Source of the DNA: a virus
Reading direction: 5' to 3' (one strand)
DNA: 64,000 nucleotides
IMG/VR virus record: IMGVR_UViG_3300009124_000004
A program made the position numbers and the translations under genes. The notes beneath the pieces were generated by a model that had not been told where the DNA came from, made no database searches, and saw only the letters and a program-made list of their open reading frames with translations. Of the stretch, positions 1-9,487 are shown one piece after another; the first letter of the stretch is position 1, and each line of letters opens with the position of its first letter.

Positions 1-3000
1 TTAATGCTATATGTCAAAGTAGTTGATCCAGTAACATCGGTAATCAAAATACTTACATTACCACCATCAAGATCTGCTTCTACATTACAAAGAACTACAT
101 CAGTATATATCTTATTACTTTCAGTGTATAAAATATCAGATCCATCTGATTTGACAAGATATGAAATTTCAGAATACTGTTTTCTTGGTGTTGTAGAATC
201 ATCTGTAATTTCTACCATAACTTTACCCGAATATGATTCGGTGTATGGGAATAATGATACAGTTGTAGAATTTCCATTAGAGGTATTCAGTGAAGTAACT
301 CCAGAACCTGTTCTAGTATCTCTAAGATCAAACTTGCGAAGATCCTTATCTAATACTTGAATATAATTTTGAGTTCCAAGATCATAATTAACATTTACTT
401 CTAATGTTCCAGTAGAACCAAATTTAATAAATTCAGTTTCTTGTGCGGTAAAATTGAGGATTAATCCATCGCTATTAGTACCAATTTTACCAAATGTTGA
501 TGATGTTCCACTAATTCTTACAGCATTATTATTTACAATTAAATTATCAAGTAAGAATGATACGTTAGAATCTGTATTATTAAATGTGAGTTCACCGTAG
601 GCAAAGCGAACCCAAAGTAAATCTACAGTACCATTAGTTACAGTTCCTGTTGTATGTGTTGGTGGAGTTGTTGCATCAAATGTTCCCGAAGAAGTTACAC
701 TATAAACATTGTACTCATAATATACAAATACTGGTGGATCATTAACTGGATCTGCTGGAGCAGTTGCCGCAGCGCCTGCCTCCCACTCAGTAATACCAGA
801 AACATTTGTAGTAATAATATCGGTAACACTTTGGAATGTCAATTTAGTTTGTTCAACCTGCATAGATTGAACACCATTATTAAAGAATCTTAAAGTATTA
901 TCATTATCACCAGGATTCAGTTCTGCACTAATATAAGTGTTTCCATCAACGTCTCTGACGCCACCAAGAGATACAAAATAAGAACCATTAAATCCTTCAA
1001 ATCTAGATTCTTCTGTATTGAATCTGATTGCACCAGCATCTCCAGATACTAGTGCTGGACGCTGGGAAGTATCTCCAGCAGGTACAATAAATGCGGAAGT
1101 TCCAGCAACTTCTACATAATCTGAAGCAGATAATATTAAATTACCATTAGTAGTTTTTTGAATAGTACTATTTGTAATATTCAATGAATTGTTAATATTA
1201 ATACCAGTATCAGTAGTAATATCAATTTCTTTAGCATCAATGCTACCTTCAGTTGGATCTAAAATAACTGTATTTTCTGAAGTAGCAGCACCAATCTCAT
1301 AATAATATTCTTGATCAATATAAGTAAATGTTACTTCCCCACTAACTACAGATCCAACGGTATGTACTGGTGGATTAGCAATATCACTGACTCCACCAAC
1401 ATCAACCTGATATAAATTATAATTGTTTGATACTAACTCTCCAACCACATAGGTAGCTTCTGCATTCCACTCAGCGACAGGAGAAGATCTAAATGAGGAT
1501 GGGAGAGTGATAACATCACCTTCTTCATATCCAGAACCTTGATCTGAAACTGAAGTTACTGATACTGCACCAATATCATCAATTCTATATACAAAATCTG
1601 TTGTTGGTTGTACAGAAGTAATTGTATTTCCTAATTCATCAATAGCAATAAGATCAGTATAATTAACAGTCAGTTGATCTAAAACACTATACCCAGATCC
1701 ACCATTAATAATAACAATATCTGTAACTATACCTGCCTGAGTAGTAATATTTGCACGTGCTCCAGTTCCTCCTGCAGATGCTCCAACTGTAGCAACATCA
1801 ACGGAGAATCCAGATCCAGTAACAAGTGTAGAAGGAGATATATTACATCCACTACCAATTGCTGTTTCTAATACTTCAATTACACCCTGACGATTACTAT
1901 CATTTGCGGAAATATAATAAAAAGTACCAGCGGTATTAGGAGTCCAAGTGATTGCTCCTGATGTAGCACCATTATTATTGACGCCTTGTACATTGAAAAT
2001 GGAGCTATATGAACCATTTTGTAAGTCACTTACAATATAAAATGCATTATCAGTAAGTCCACTTCCAGGAACATTGACATTAAAAGTTAAGTCATCACCT
2101 TTGTTAACTGTAATTGTTGGATCTCCACCAGTGGCATCTCCAGTAAATGTGTAATCCGTACTTGAAGATGCATCCTCAACTGCAAATGTAAATGATCCAT
2201 TACTATCAAAGGTGGTTACATCTGGAGTTAATTGATCAAGTAAAGTGTATCCCGATCCAGAATCTACAATAGTTACTGATGTAACTGCCCCACCGCTAAC
2301 AACAATGTCTGCGGTAGCACCTGTACCGCTTCCAGAAACATTTGCTAACGATGCTGACAAATAAGTTCCATCTCTATATCCAGAACCATTATTATTAAAA
2401 CTTACTGCAGTGACACCTGATCCTCCAAGATCAGTAGTTTCTGCACTAAGAGTGTCAGTTACTGTATATCCAGCACCACCAGTTACAATGGATACATTAG
2501 TTACTGCACCAGATGCGATTGTGATATCAGCAGTTGCAAAATTGCCAGTTCCCCCAGTCAAAGGTACGTTTGTATATGTACCATCAATATAATTAGATCC
2601 ACCAACTAAATTATTGACTGTTTGTACTGATCCCCCAGGAGCAACATAATATGACAGTGGAATATCAGGCCATTCATAATCACTATACCCAGCACCAGCA
2701 TCGGTTAATGTTCCATCAAAAGCAACAGTAAGATTTAAAAGTAATCCACTTCCACTACCACCAAGAACTTCAACATCTTGATAATCACCTAAAGTATATC
2801 CAGAACCTAATTGTATTGTTGGATCTGCAAATGTGAAATTTAAGAAATTAGCAGTTTTATAAAAATCAGTTCTATCTGCAGAATATCTTGCGATTCTCCC
2901 TTCATCACCAACTACATTAATTTTACCATGATTCTCAAGGTATTCTCCAAAGAAACCAGTTCTATTCCAAAGTGCATCTGAAATTGGATCAGAGTCAAAC

Positions 3001-6000
3001 TTAATAGAAGGTTGAGTTACAGATCCAAAAGATGCTACAATATTTCCAAGTGCTTTTACATCACCTTGGGTTCTAATATTACCATTGACTTCTAATTTTT
3101 CTGCATCATCTGGATCAACTGTAGCTTGAGATCCAAAGTTATGATCATTAGGGAATCCGACTGCAACAAAAGAATTTTCGGTTGTACTTGCTAACCAAGC
3201 ACTTCCTTGAGATTCTAAAGTTCCTTTCAGAAGAGTTGTATTTTCAGAGGCATCAATAAAAACATGAGTTTCAAATGCAGTAATTGTATATGATAATGGT
3301 TGAAAATATGGACCACCCCCTCCAATATCTCCATCACTAACACTAAGAATATCTCCAACTGTATATGCTACAGTTCCAAAATCAGTGACTGTTACTGATT
3401 CTACGGAAGCAGCTACTGAAGAAACTGTATATTCAACATTTGCAGAACCACCAAAGTCAAATTCAATTACATCGTTTACAGTATATCCAGTTCCTGGTGA
3501 AGTAATTGTAACGCTAGAAACATCTTGGTTTGTATTAACTTCAATTGTTGCTACTACTCCAGTTCCAGTACCTCCCGTTCCACTAATTCCAGGATTAGTG
3601 CTTGGAGATTGTCCACCAAGAGCAGCAAATGATCCACCAGAAACACCACCACCAGCAATTACAATATCAGCAATAGCACCTTGACCAGATCCACCAGTCA
3701 ATGCAATATCTGTATAAGTTCCAGCAGGATAATCTACAATACCAAAAGAAGATCCAATGAAATCCGTAGAATATGTTGTGAAATCTTTATAAACATTGGC
3801 ATTATCTAAAACATCTAAATTATCAATGTCAGCATTAGATGCTGTCAAATTAGTTACATTAGATGATGCAACTGTGATTGACTGATTAGTGACTAAATTG
3901 CCTTGTAATGTTGTAGTTCCAGTTACTACTAAATTGTCATCAACATAAGTGGTTCCATTATTAGAACTTAAGTATAAGTCACCAGTTGTAGTATCAATAA
4001 TGCTATTTCCAGTTACTCCAAACTGAAGATTTCCAATATTCAGTGGAGATGTTTGAAGTAATCCTGTAGATGAAATAATATCATTTTGAGATAATTCAAG
4101 ATTTCCTACAGTAATACTTGTAGGAAGAATCGTAGTTGTATTGCCAGTACCAGTAACAATTAACTGGTCGAAGGTTGTACCACCGCCAGAAGTACCTCCA
4201 ACAAATGATACGGTGCCGTTTTCTTGATCTACAAAGAATGCATTACCAACACGGAAGTCCCCATTTTGGTCCATGCTGGTAAAGAGTGCTCTACCACCAT
4301 TGGTCTCAACAATCTCATTTGCTTGATTGACATTGCTAATATCATTTGTAGCATCAGCACCAGTTCCAACATAACCAAAGTTGTGAAGAACACAACGCAA
4401 TCTTACGCCTTTACCATCTGCAGTAATACCACGCTCACCATATACGGATGCAGAACCAATAGAACGCAGTTCAGCACCAAAGTCAGTGTAATCTGCAAGA
4501 CCAATATATGCAGCAGTACCACCTGAAGATGAACGAATATCTTGAACAGAAACACTACCATCTAAAATATCGGTAGATCCGTCAAGACCATTAAAGTGCA
4601 GTAAGAGTTGTGTGTTAGTATCAACAATAAACTCAGAAGTTGGAACTGTAAATGGAGTTGAAGTATATCGAGCAAGTCCCTTACTTACTCTAAACTCATC
4701 AATATTGCCTGTAAATGCATTAGATCCCCCAAAGTTAGCACCAATATACAGTGCTCTTGATGATCCTAAATCATTAGAATCTGCTGCAGATCCTCTTTCA
4801 ACACCATCTACATAAATCTTAGTTGTTGATGAATTACGAACAACTGCAACATGGGTCCAAGTATTAATACTAACCGTAGTGCCACCAGAAGTTACAATGT
4901 CACTACCACCAACTGCATATCGTACTTGACCGTTATCGAGATACAAACGACCAGCACTATCTCCAGCAGAACTTCTGCTATCGTAAATATGTAAAGTTCC
5001 AGTTACTGTTGTTGGGCGAATCCATCCCTCTACAGTAAAATCACTAGTACCAAAACCGAAATCGGAAGATCCTGCTAATGAAAGGTAATCTCCAGAACCA
5101 TCAAGTAGTAAAGATGCTGTACCAAAGTATTTGATATCAGTATCTAACTGAGCATCACCAATTGCAGTAACTAATTTTCCAGTAGTATCTGCTTCTGCTT
5201 CAACAAATTGACCAGTACCTTGACCATCGATATAAACATAAGTCCCATCATTAGAATCAATTGTGCCACTCGCAAGCACAGTTGTTCCATCAGTATCATA
5301 ATATGTAATTGTATCGGAAGCATTGAATGTTCCAAGTACATTATTCAATTTTAATCTGGTTTTTCCTGCTCCTTTGAAACCAGATCCTCCAGGGTTTTCC
5401 CCTAAAATACTATCAGATGCAAAGTACGTGAATGAGTTTAACCACTCACTACGAGCACCATTTTTGAGATACAGACCTACTGAATTGGGTACAACAAATG
5501 TACACTCGTTAAACAGCAGTGCTGCTTCATCAGAAGATGCATTAACAACTGATCCGTCTACTAAGGCACCTCTACCAGCGTCTCCAGCAGCGTATCCACG
5601 AGGATCAGACCCCGAAGTAGCACTACCCTTAGTAATTACGCTACAACGCTGAATATAAGGTCTTCTACCGTCAGCAGAAACTGAATATGTTGATTTTAAT
5701 CTAAATGCATATCCAGTATCATTTGTAGAATTATAATAGAAATCATTTACACAGAGATCCTCAATATTACAATCACCTTCAATTAAAAATGCATCTTGAT
5801 CATTTGTAGGTACTGTAGGTTTAATAAATGTTGATTTTAACCCAGCACCTTTAATTGAAATTCCGACAGGAACTGTTAATGGAAAAATTTCGTCAAACGT
5901 TCCTGCTGAAACTAAAATCGTATCACCAGATTGAGCATAATTATCCAAACAATACTTTAAAGTTTGAAAAGCAGTGCTTGGAGTTTTACCCCAAGCATTT

Positions 6001-6296
6001 GCTCCTGTAGTTTCCCCATGTCTAGGATTTACAGAACCAAGTGTTGCCTTGTCTGTTCCATTTTTTGAAACATACCAGGTGTTTCCAACTCCATCTGTAA
6101 TGGAACTTGAAAACATGGAAGGAACGATTTTTTCATCGTTCGGATCCGCATTGGCAATCTCCTCGATAGTACCCGCATTGTTGACAAATAGGGTTCTATC
6201 GACAATATTAAGGGCGACTTCCTTATCTGTAAGATCAGAAGTCGTCGGAGCTGAGTTCGGAGTTAGGGATCTCTTTAACTTGATTCTGCTTGCCAT
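1..6296 (-). CDS. Giant modular tail fibre / virion structural protein, at least 2098 aa, C-terminus beyond the left edge
   Basis: Missing from the ORF track because it has no stop in the window. ATG at 6296 reads MASRIKLKRSLTPNSAPTTSDLTDKEVALN (Mtd_N-like fibre N-terminus). It continues with WYVSKNGTD...TAFQTLKYC...DTILVSAGTFDE (beta-helix start), a LamG-like domain (FGTASLLLDGSGDYL...DFTVEGWIRP...WTHVAVVR...FTGNIDEFRVSKG) and Gly/Thr-rich repeats. Confidence 0.9.
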   Translation of the reverse strand, partial: MASRIKLKRSLTPNSAPTTSDLTDKEVALNIVDRTLFVNNAGTIEEIANADPNDEKIVPSMFSSSITDGVGNTWYVSKNGTDKATLGSVNPRHGETTGANAWGKTPSTAFQTLKYCLDNYAQSGDTILVSAGTFDEIFPLTVPVGISIKGAGLKSTFIKPTVPTNDQDAFLIEGDCNIEDLCVNDFYYNSTNDTGYAFRLKSTYSVSADGRRPYIQRCSVITKGSATSGSDPRGYAAGDAGRGALVDGSVVNASSDEAALLFNECTFVVPNSVGLYLKNGARSEWLNSFTYFASDSILGENPGGSGFKGAGKTRLKLNNVLGTFNASDTITYYDTDGTTVLASGTIDSNDGTYVYIDGQGTGQFVEAEADTTGKLVTAIGDAQLDTDIKYFGTASLLLDGSGDYLSLAGSSDFGFGTSDFTVEGWIRPTTVTGTLHIYDSRSSAGDSAGRLYLDNGQVRYAVGGSDIVTSGGTTVSINTWTHVAVVRNSSTTKIYVDGVERGSAADSNDLGSSRALYIGANFGGSNAFTGNIDEFRVSKGLARYTSTPFTVPTSEFIVDTNTQLLLHFNGLDGSTDILDGSVSVQDIRSSSGGTAAYIGLADYTDFGAELRSIGSASVYGERGITADGKGVRLRCVLHNFGYVGTGADATNDISNVNQANEIVETNGGRALFTSMDQNGDFRVGNAFFVDQENGTVSFVGGTSGGGTTFDQLIVTGTGNTTTILPTSITVGNLELSQNDIISSTGLLQTSPLNIGNLQFGVTGNSIIDTTTGDLYLSSNNGTTYVDDNLVVTGTTTLQGNLVTNQSITVASSNVTNLTASNADIDNLDVLDNANVYKDFTTYSTDFIGSSFGIVDYPAGTYTDIALTGGSGQGAIADIVIAGGGVSGGSFAALGGQSPSTNPGISGTGGTGTGVVATIEVNTNQDVSSVTITSPGTGYTVNDVIEFDFGGSANVEYTVSSVAASVESVTVTDFGTVAYTVGDILSVSDGDIGGGGPYFQPLSYTITAFETHVFIDASENTTLLKGTLESQGSAWLASTTENSFVAVGFPNDHNFGSQATVDPDDAEKLEVNGNIRTQGDVKALGNIVASFGSVTQPSIKFDSDPISDALWNRTGFFGEYLENHGKINVVGDEGRIARYSADRTDFYKTANFLNFTFADPTIQLGSGYTLGDYQDVEVLGGSGSGLLLNLTVAFDGTLTDAGAGYSDYEWPDIPLSYYVAPGGSVQTVNNLVGGSNYIDGTYTNVPLTGGTGNFATADITIASGAVTNVSIVTGGAGYTVTDTLSAETTDLGGSGVTAVSFNNNGSGYRDGTYLSASLANVSGSGTGATADIVVSGGAVTSVTIVDSGSGYTLLDQLTPDVTTFDSNGSFTFAVEDASSSTDYTFTGDATGGDPTITVNKGDDLTFNVNVPGSGLTDNAFYIVSDLQNGSYSSIFNVQGVNNNGATSGAITWTPNTAGTFYYISANDSNRQGVIEVLETAIGSGCNISPSTLVTGSGFSVDVATVGASAGGTGARANITTQAGIVTDIVIINGGSGYSVLDQLTVNYTDLIAIDELGNTITSVQPTTDFVYRIDDIGAVSVTSVSDQGSGYEEGDVITLPSSFRSSPVAEWNAEATYVVGELVSNNYNLYQVDVGGVSDIANPPVHTVGSVVSGEVTFTYIDQEYYYEIGAATSENTVILDPTEGSIDAKEIDITTDTGININNSLNITNSTIQKTTNGNLILSASDYVEVAGTSAFIVPAGDTSQRPALVSGDAGAIRFNTEESRFEGFNGSYFVSLGGVRDVDGNTYISAELNPGDNDNTLRFFNNGVQSMQVEQTKLTFQSVTDIITTNVSGITEWEAGAAATAPADPVNDPPVFVYYEYNVYSVTSSGTFDATTPPTHTTGTVTNGTVDLLWVRFAYGELTFNNTDSNVSFLLDNLIVNNNAVRISGTSSTFGKIGTNSDGLILNFTAQETEFIKFGSTGTLEVNVNYDLGTQNYIQVLDKDLRKFDLRDTRTGSGVTSLNTSNGNSTTVSLFPYTESYSGKVMVEITDDSTTPRKQYSEISYLVKSDGSDILYTESNKIYTDVVLCNVEADLDGGNVSILITDVTGSTTLTYSI

Positions 6297-6444
6297 TTAT
6301 AGCATTCTCTGTTTCTATAATACTATTTAACCGATTTGATAAATCTTTATTTCTCGCCTCTAATACAATATTTGTAAGAGTCAAGTCAGTTACCTTTTTT
6401 TGTAAGGTAGCAATAAGGACATTTACATCTAATTCATTGTTCAT
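6235..6444 (-). CDS. Small coiled-coil protein (69 aa), possible fibre chaperone/assembly factor
   Basis: Heptad pattern (LIATLQKKVTDLTLTNIVLEARNKDL); sits between two fibre genes; overlaps the downstream ATG by 62 nt. Confidence 0.7.
   Translation of the reverse strand: MNNELDVNVLIATLQKKVTDLTLTNIVLEARNKDLSNRLNSIIETENAINGKQNQVKEIPNSELSSDDF
6324..6330 (-). promoter_or_regulatory. Possible T4-type late promoter variant (TTAAATA)
   Basis: TTAAATA on the minus strand about 28 nt upstream of the giant fibre ATG; not the full TATAAATA consensus. Confidence 0.3.
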
Positions 6445-6453
6445 TTTTTAACC

Positions 6454-8682
6454 TCAGGTGAATGTTCCCCCATCAACAGTATCAGTCCAGACGGGGACCC
6501 CAGCAGCAGTTACTGTCAGGATCTGGAATGATGTGGCAACGTCAGGACCAACGCCTGGATTTGCCATGTTTGCAGCAGCGGTTTCTAAAAGTTCACCAGT
6601 GCCGTTTCCGTAAAGGATACCTTTGCTGTTGAACTCAGATCTTCCAGTACCACCGTGCTTGACTGCAAGATCAACATCAAGTTCAAGATCGCCCAGTAAA
6701 ACTGTGCCTCTTGAAACTGTGATAGCAGTTACTCTTAACTGGAGATCATCAGCACCAGCAGAACCACCAATCTGGTTACCAGTGATGGTAAGTAAGTCAC
6801 CTTCTTGATAATATGATCCACCAGCAACAATAGTAACGGAACCACCAGAAATTGCACCAGAACCATCACGTACCACATTAAGGGTCAAACCAGTACCCTC
6901 TCCTCCAGTTGGAGTAAGGTTACTATAGGTCTGATTTGCTGCAGCAGGAAGAGTAGTAACAACTAACTGATCAAGATCATCTTGTTCAATCTTAAGTGAC
7001 TGAACAGCACCTTTAGTGTGAGTAAAGATGTTATTTGTATTAGTAGCATCCTCGATGAATGTGAATGCGCCAAGACCATCTTCACCAGCAGTTCTGTCAA
7101 AACCAAAGAAACCATGCTTAATTACAGAACCATTGTGGTATGAATATTGAATACCACGATCCATACCATCATTAGATCCCTGGGTAATGGTGACAAAATC
7201 ACCAACTGCAATTTCTGCAGAAATTGGAGCACTCAGAGAAAGCGTTGTGGTTTCAAATACAGTTTGATTGCTTGCATCTTTTACAAGACCAACTGTTTGT
7301 GGAGTTCCAGTATTTCCATCAGTTAAAGAATCACCTTCATAGAATGCACTCTCTCTTAGAGAGAGTGATGGAAGTAGTTGAATTCTAACTGTGCTAGAAG
7401 TTTGTGTCTGGAAAGTACCTAATTGTTGATATACACCATCCTTCAAATGATAGATTGCATCACCAATAGATGGTTGTGCAGAGAATCCTGCATCAGTGTG
7501 GAATACAACTACAATTCCACTAATTGTTCTTCCGCCAGTACCAACATTAGTACCAGTTACAAGACCACCAGTTGCGATACCCGATGGATTGTCAACATTA
7601 AGTGTTGACGTAGCAGCAGGTGCCAGTAAAGTAACTGCTTTCTCGGAAGTAGTATCACCGATGTTGAAGACAGGATCGTTGACTGTCATTTCAGTTGAAT
7701 TGACAGTCGTAGTTGTACCAGCAACCTGGAGATTACCACGAACAATCAGATCACCAGCAGCGTCTCCAGCAGTAGGATCAGGATCAAGAATGATCTGAGA
7801 ACCTGACGTTGTGGAGATAGTGTTACCATCAACTCTTAAGTTGTCAACGTTTAACTGACCAGTTAAACTTGTGGTGCCACTGTAAGTGTTATTACCATTA
7901 AAAGTAACATCAGCATTAAATGTCGTAGTTGACTCAACAGTAAGAACATCGCTAGATGCAGTACCAAGCGTTACATCGTTATCAACGACCATGTTGTCGA
8001 TCCAAGCAGTTTGTGCAACTGCAAGACCACCAGCAAGTTTTACAGAACCAGTTGTTGAGTTTGTAGCGTTTGTGGTGTCATTGAATTGAATGGCAACACC
8101 GTTATCAAATGTCCAATCAGCACCATCAACTCTGAGGGTATTAGTTTGATTCTCATCAAAACGCATACCACTGTCTTTGTCACTACCGAAGTAGATACGC
8201 ATATCATCTTGAATGCGTAAATCAGGAACAGTTGATCCAACTCTTCTAATGTCTAATGCTGCATCAGCATCAGTAAAGAGCAGTTCAACATCTCCAGTAG
8301 TACCAAATTCCAGTTCTTGTCCATCTTCAATGACAAGTTTTCCTGTACCGTTTGCTCTAAAAATAAGATCAGTATCAGTAGTATCTGTCTCAATGACATT
8401 AGAATCCAAATTAATGTCGTCTACTCTAAAACGATCAATTTTTGAATTGCTATCTACGATGATACTTGAATCTGCTGTCAGTGTACCATGTACATGATCC
8501 AGCATATCGGTGAAATACTTACCACCGATGATTTGGACTGTTGAATTATTGTCTCCGACGAAAACTCTGTCGCCACGATTGACCTGTGTACCAGCACCAA
8601 CCGTAAGGGCAAGTTCGCCAAATTCTAAGGAAGACGGTACTGTTGTACCCGTACTTCTTTTAATAAGGATGGTTGATGCCAT
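6454..8682 (-). CDS. Tail fibre-like structural protein (742 aa)
   Basis: Mtd_N-like start MASTILIKRSTGTTVPSSLEFGELA; T/G/D-rich shaft (NLRVDGNTISTT, GDLIVRGNLQVAGTTTTVNST); fibre-type C-terminus LAVKHGGTG...DGGTF. Confidence 0.8.
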   Translation of the reverse strand: MASTILIKRSTGTTVPSSLEFGELALTVGAGTQVNRGDRVFVGDNNSTVQIIGGKYFTDMLDHVHGTLTADSSIIVDSNSKIDRFRVDDINLDSNVIETDTTDTDLIFRANGTGKLVIEDGQELEFGTTGDVELLFTDADAALDIRRVGSTVPDLRIQDDMRIYFGSDKDSGMRFDENQTNTLRVDGADWTFDNGVAIQFNDTTNATNSTTGSVKLAGGLAVAQTAWIDNMVVDNDVTLGTASSDVLTVESTTTFNADVTFNGNNTYSGTTSLTGQLNVDNLRVDGNTISTTSGSQIILDPDPTAGDAAGDLIVRGNLQVAGTTTTVNSTEMTVNDPVFNIGDTTSEKAVTLLAPAATSTLNVDNPSGIATGGLVTGTNVGTGGRTISGIVVVFHTDAGFSAQPSIGDAIYHLKDGVYQQLGTFQTQTSSTVRIQLLPSLSLRESAFYEGDSLTDGNTGTPQTVGLVKDASNQTVFETTTLSLSAPISAEIAVGDFVTITQGSNDGMDRGIQYSYHNGSVIKHGFFGFDRTAGEDGLGAFTFIEDATNTNNIFTHTKGAVQSLKIEQDDLDQLVVTTLPAAANQTYSNLTPTGGEGTGLTLNVVRDGSGAISGGSVTIVAGGSYYQEGDLLTITGNQIGGSAGADDLQLRVTAITVSRGTVLLGDLELDVDLAVKHGGTGRSEFNSKGILYGNGTGELLETAAANMANPGVGPDVATSFQILTVTAAGVPVWTDTVDGGTFT

Positions 8683-8891
8683 CAGAATGATCCTCCGTTT
8701 ACCGTTACGTTATTTAAGACATTACCAGTTTCAAATCTTTTTGAAGTTGCATTATAAATCAGCAGATAACCATCTGCCAAACCATTAGTGTTTGTGTCAA
8801 CGTCACCCAAATTTTGAATTGTCGCAGCACCGCCAAGCGCCACACGCGACACTTGAGGTGAAATTTGATCTCCAAACCTAATTCTTGCCAT
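8682..8891 (-). CDS. Small fibre-associated protein (69 aa)
   Basis: LGDVDTNTNGLADGYLLIYNAT fibre-repeat motif; ends NGGSF; stop/start coupled to both neighbours. Confidence 0.7.
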   Translation of the reverse strand: MARIRFGDQISPQVSRVALGGAATIQNLGDVDTNTNGLADGYLLIYNATSKRFETGNVLNNVTVNGGSF

Positions 8892-9229
8892 TAGAGTGTT
8901 ACTCCTTCTACTACTGTTAAAATACCCTCCAATACTCTAGATTTGATCCCGAAGGAACTAGTCAAAACCACATCATAGACATATCTACCTGGGGTCATTG
9001 CAGCAGTAACAGAATTGGTTAATGTTAAAGTAACAGACCCTGAGTTCTCTGGAGGATTGATATTTACCTGCATTGCAGTCGAAGCACTACTACTATAGTG
9101 CTTCTTAATCTTTGACTCTCCAGTATAATCAGTCAAATCAAACTGCGCTCCATTGTCATCAGTCACAAAGAAGGTATTTTGGAAATCACTTCCCTGATAC
9201 ACAACTAGATTAGTTACCGCAGCTAACAT
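8891..9229 (-). CDS. Conserved Ig-like virion structural protein (BppU/LtfC-like, 112 aa)
   Basis: NLVVYQGSDF...FDLTDY...GSVTLTLT...T..MTPGRYVYDVVL...RVLEG.LTV pattern typical of this family. Confidence 0.7.
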   Translation of the reverse strand: MLAAVTNLVVYQGSDFQNTFFVTDDNGAQFDLTDYTGESKIKKHYSSSASTAMQVNINPPENSGSVTLTLTNSVTAAMTPGRYVYDVVLTSSFGIKSRVLEGILTVVEGVTL

Positions 9230-9247
9230 TAGTTATATCCTATATCA

Positions 9248-9487
9248 TCAAGTATTTATACCATCAACTAATTTAACTAATAACTGCTTTATCTCGGAAA
9301 TTTCCTCTTTTAGTGAGGCAACTTCCGCAGCAGTGTCTTCAATTTTTTGGTCAAAGTTTTTTCTTGCGGTAGATACCGCTTTGTATTTTTGAAAGTCAGA
9401 TTTGTTTGTGTTAATTACAGCGCCAGTGTTTGGGTCACGTGCTAAACCTTCGTGACCCTCAACTGGTATCAAGCCAGAGCGATGCAT
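9248..9487 (-). CDS. Conserved cyanophage hypothetical protein (79 aa, C-terminal coiled coil)
   Basis: IPVEGHEGLARDPNTGAVINTN motif followed by LKEEISEIKQLL; usual position after the DUF4815 gene. Confidence 0.75.
   Translation of the reverse strand: MHRSGLIPVEGHEGLARDPNTGAVINTNKSDFQKYKAVSTARKNFDQKIEDTAAEVASLKEEISEIKQLLVKLVDGINT
9253..9260 (-). promoter_or_regulatory. T4-type late promoter TATAAATA
   Basis: Exact TATAAATA on the minus strand, about 24 nt upstream of the 9229 start. Confidence 0.75.

Noticed and set aside
6454-8682. Diversity-generating retroelement suggested by Mtd_N-like N-termini
   Set aside because: No reverse transcriptase, and no template/variable repeat pair differing at adenines, was found in the window.
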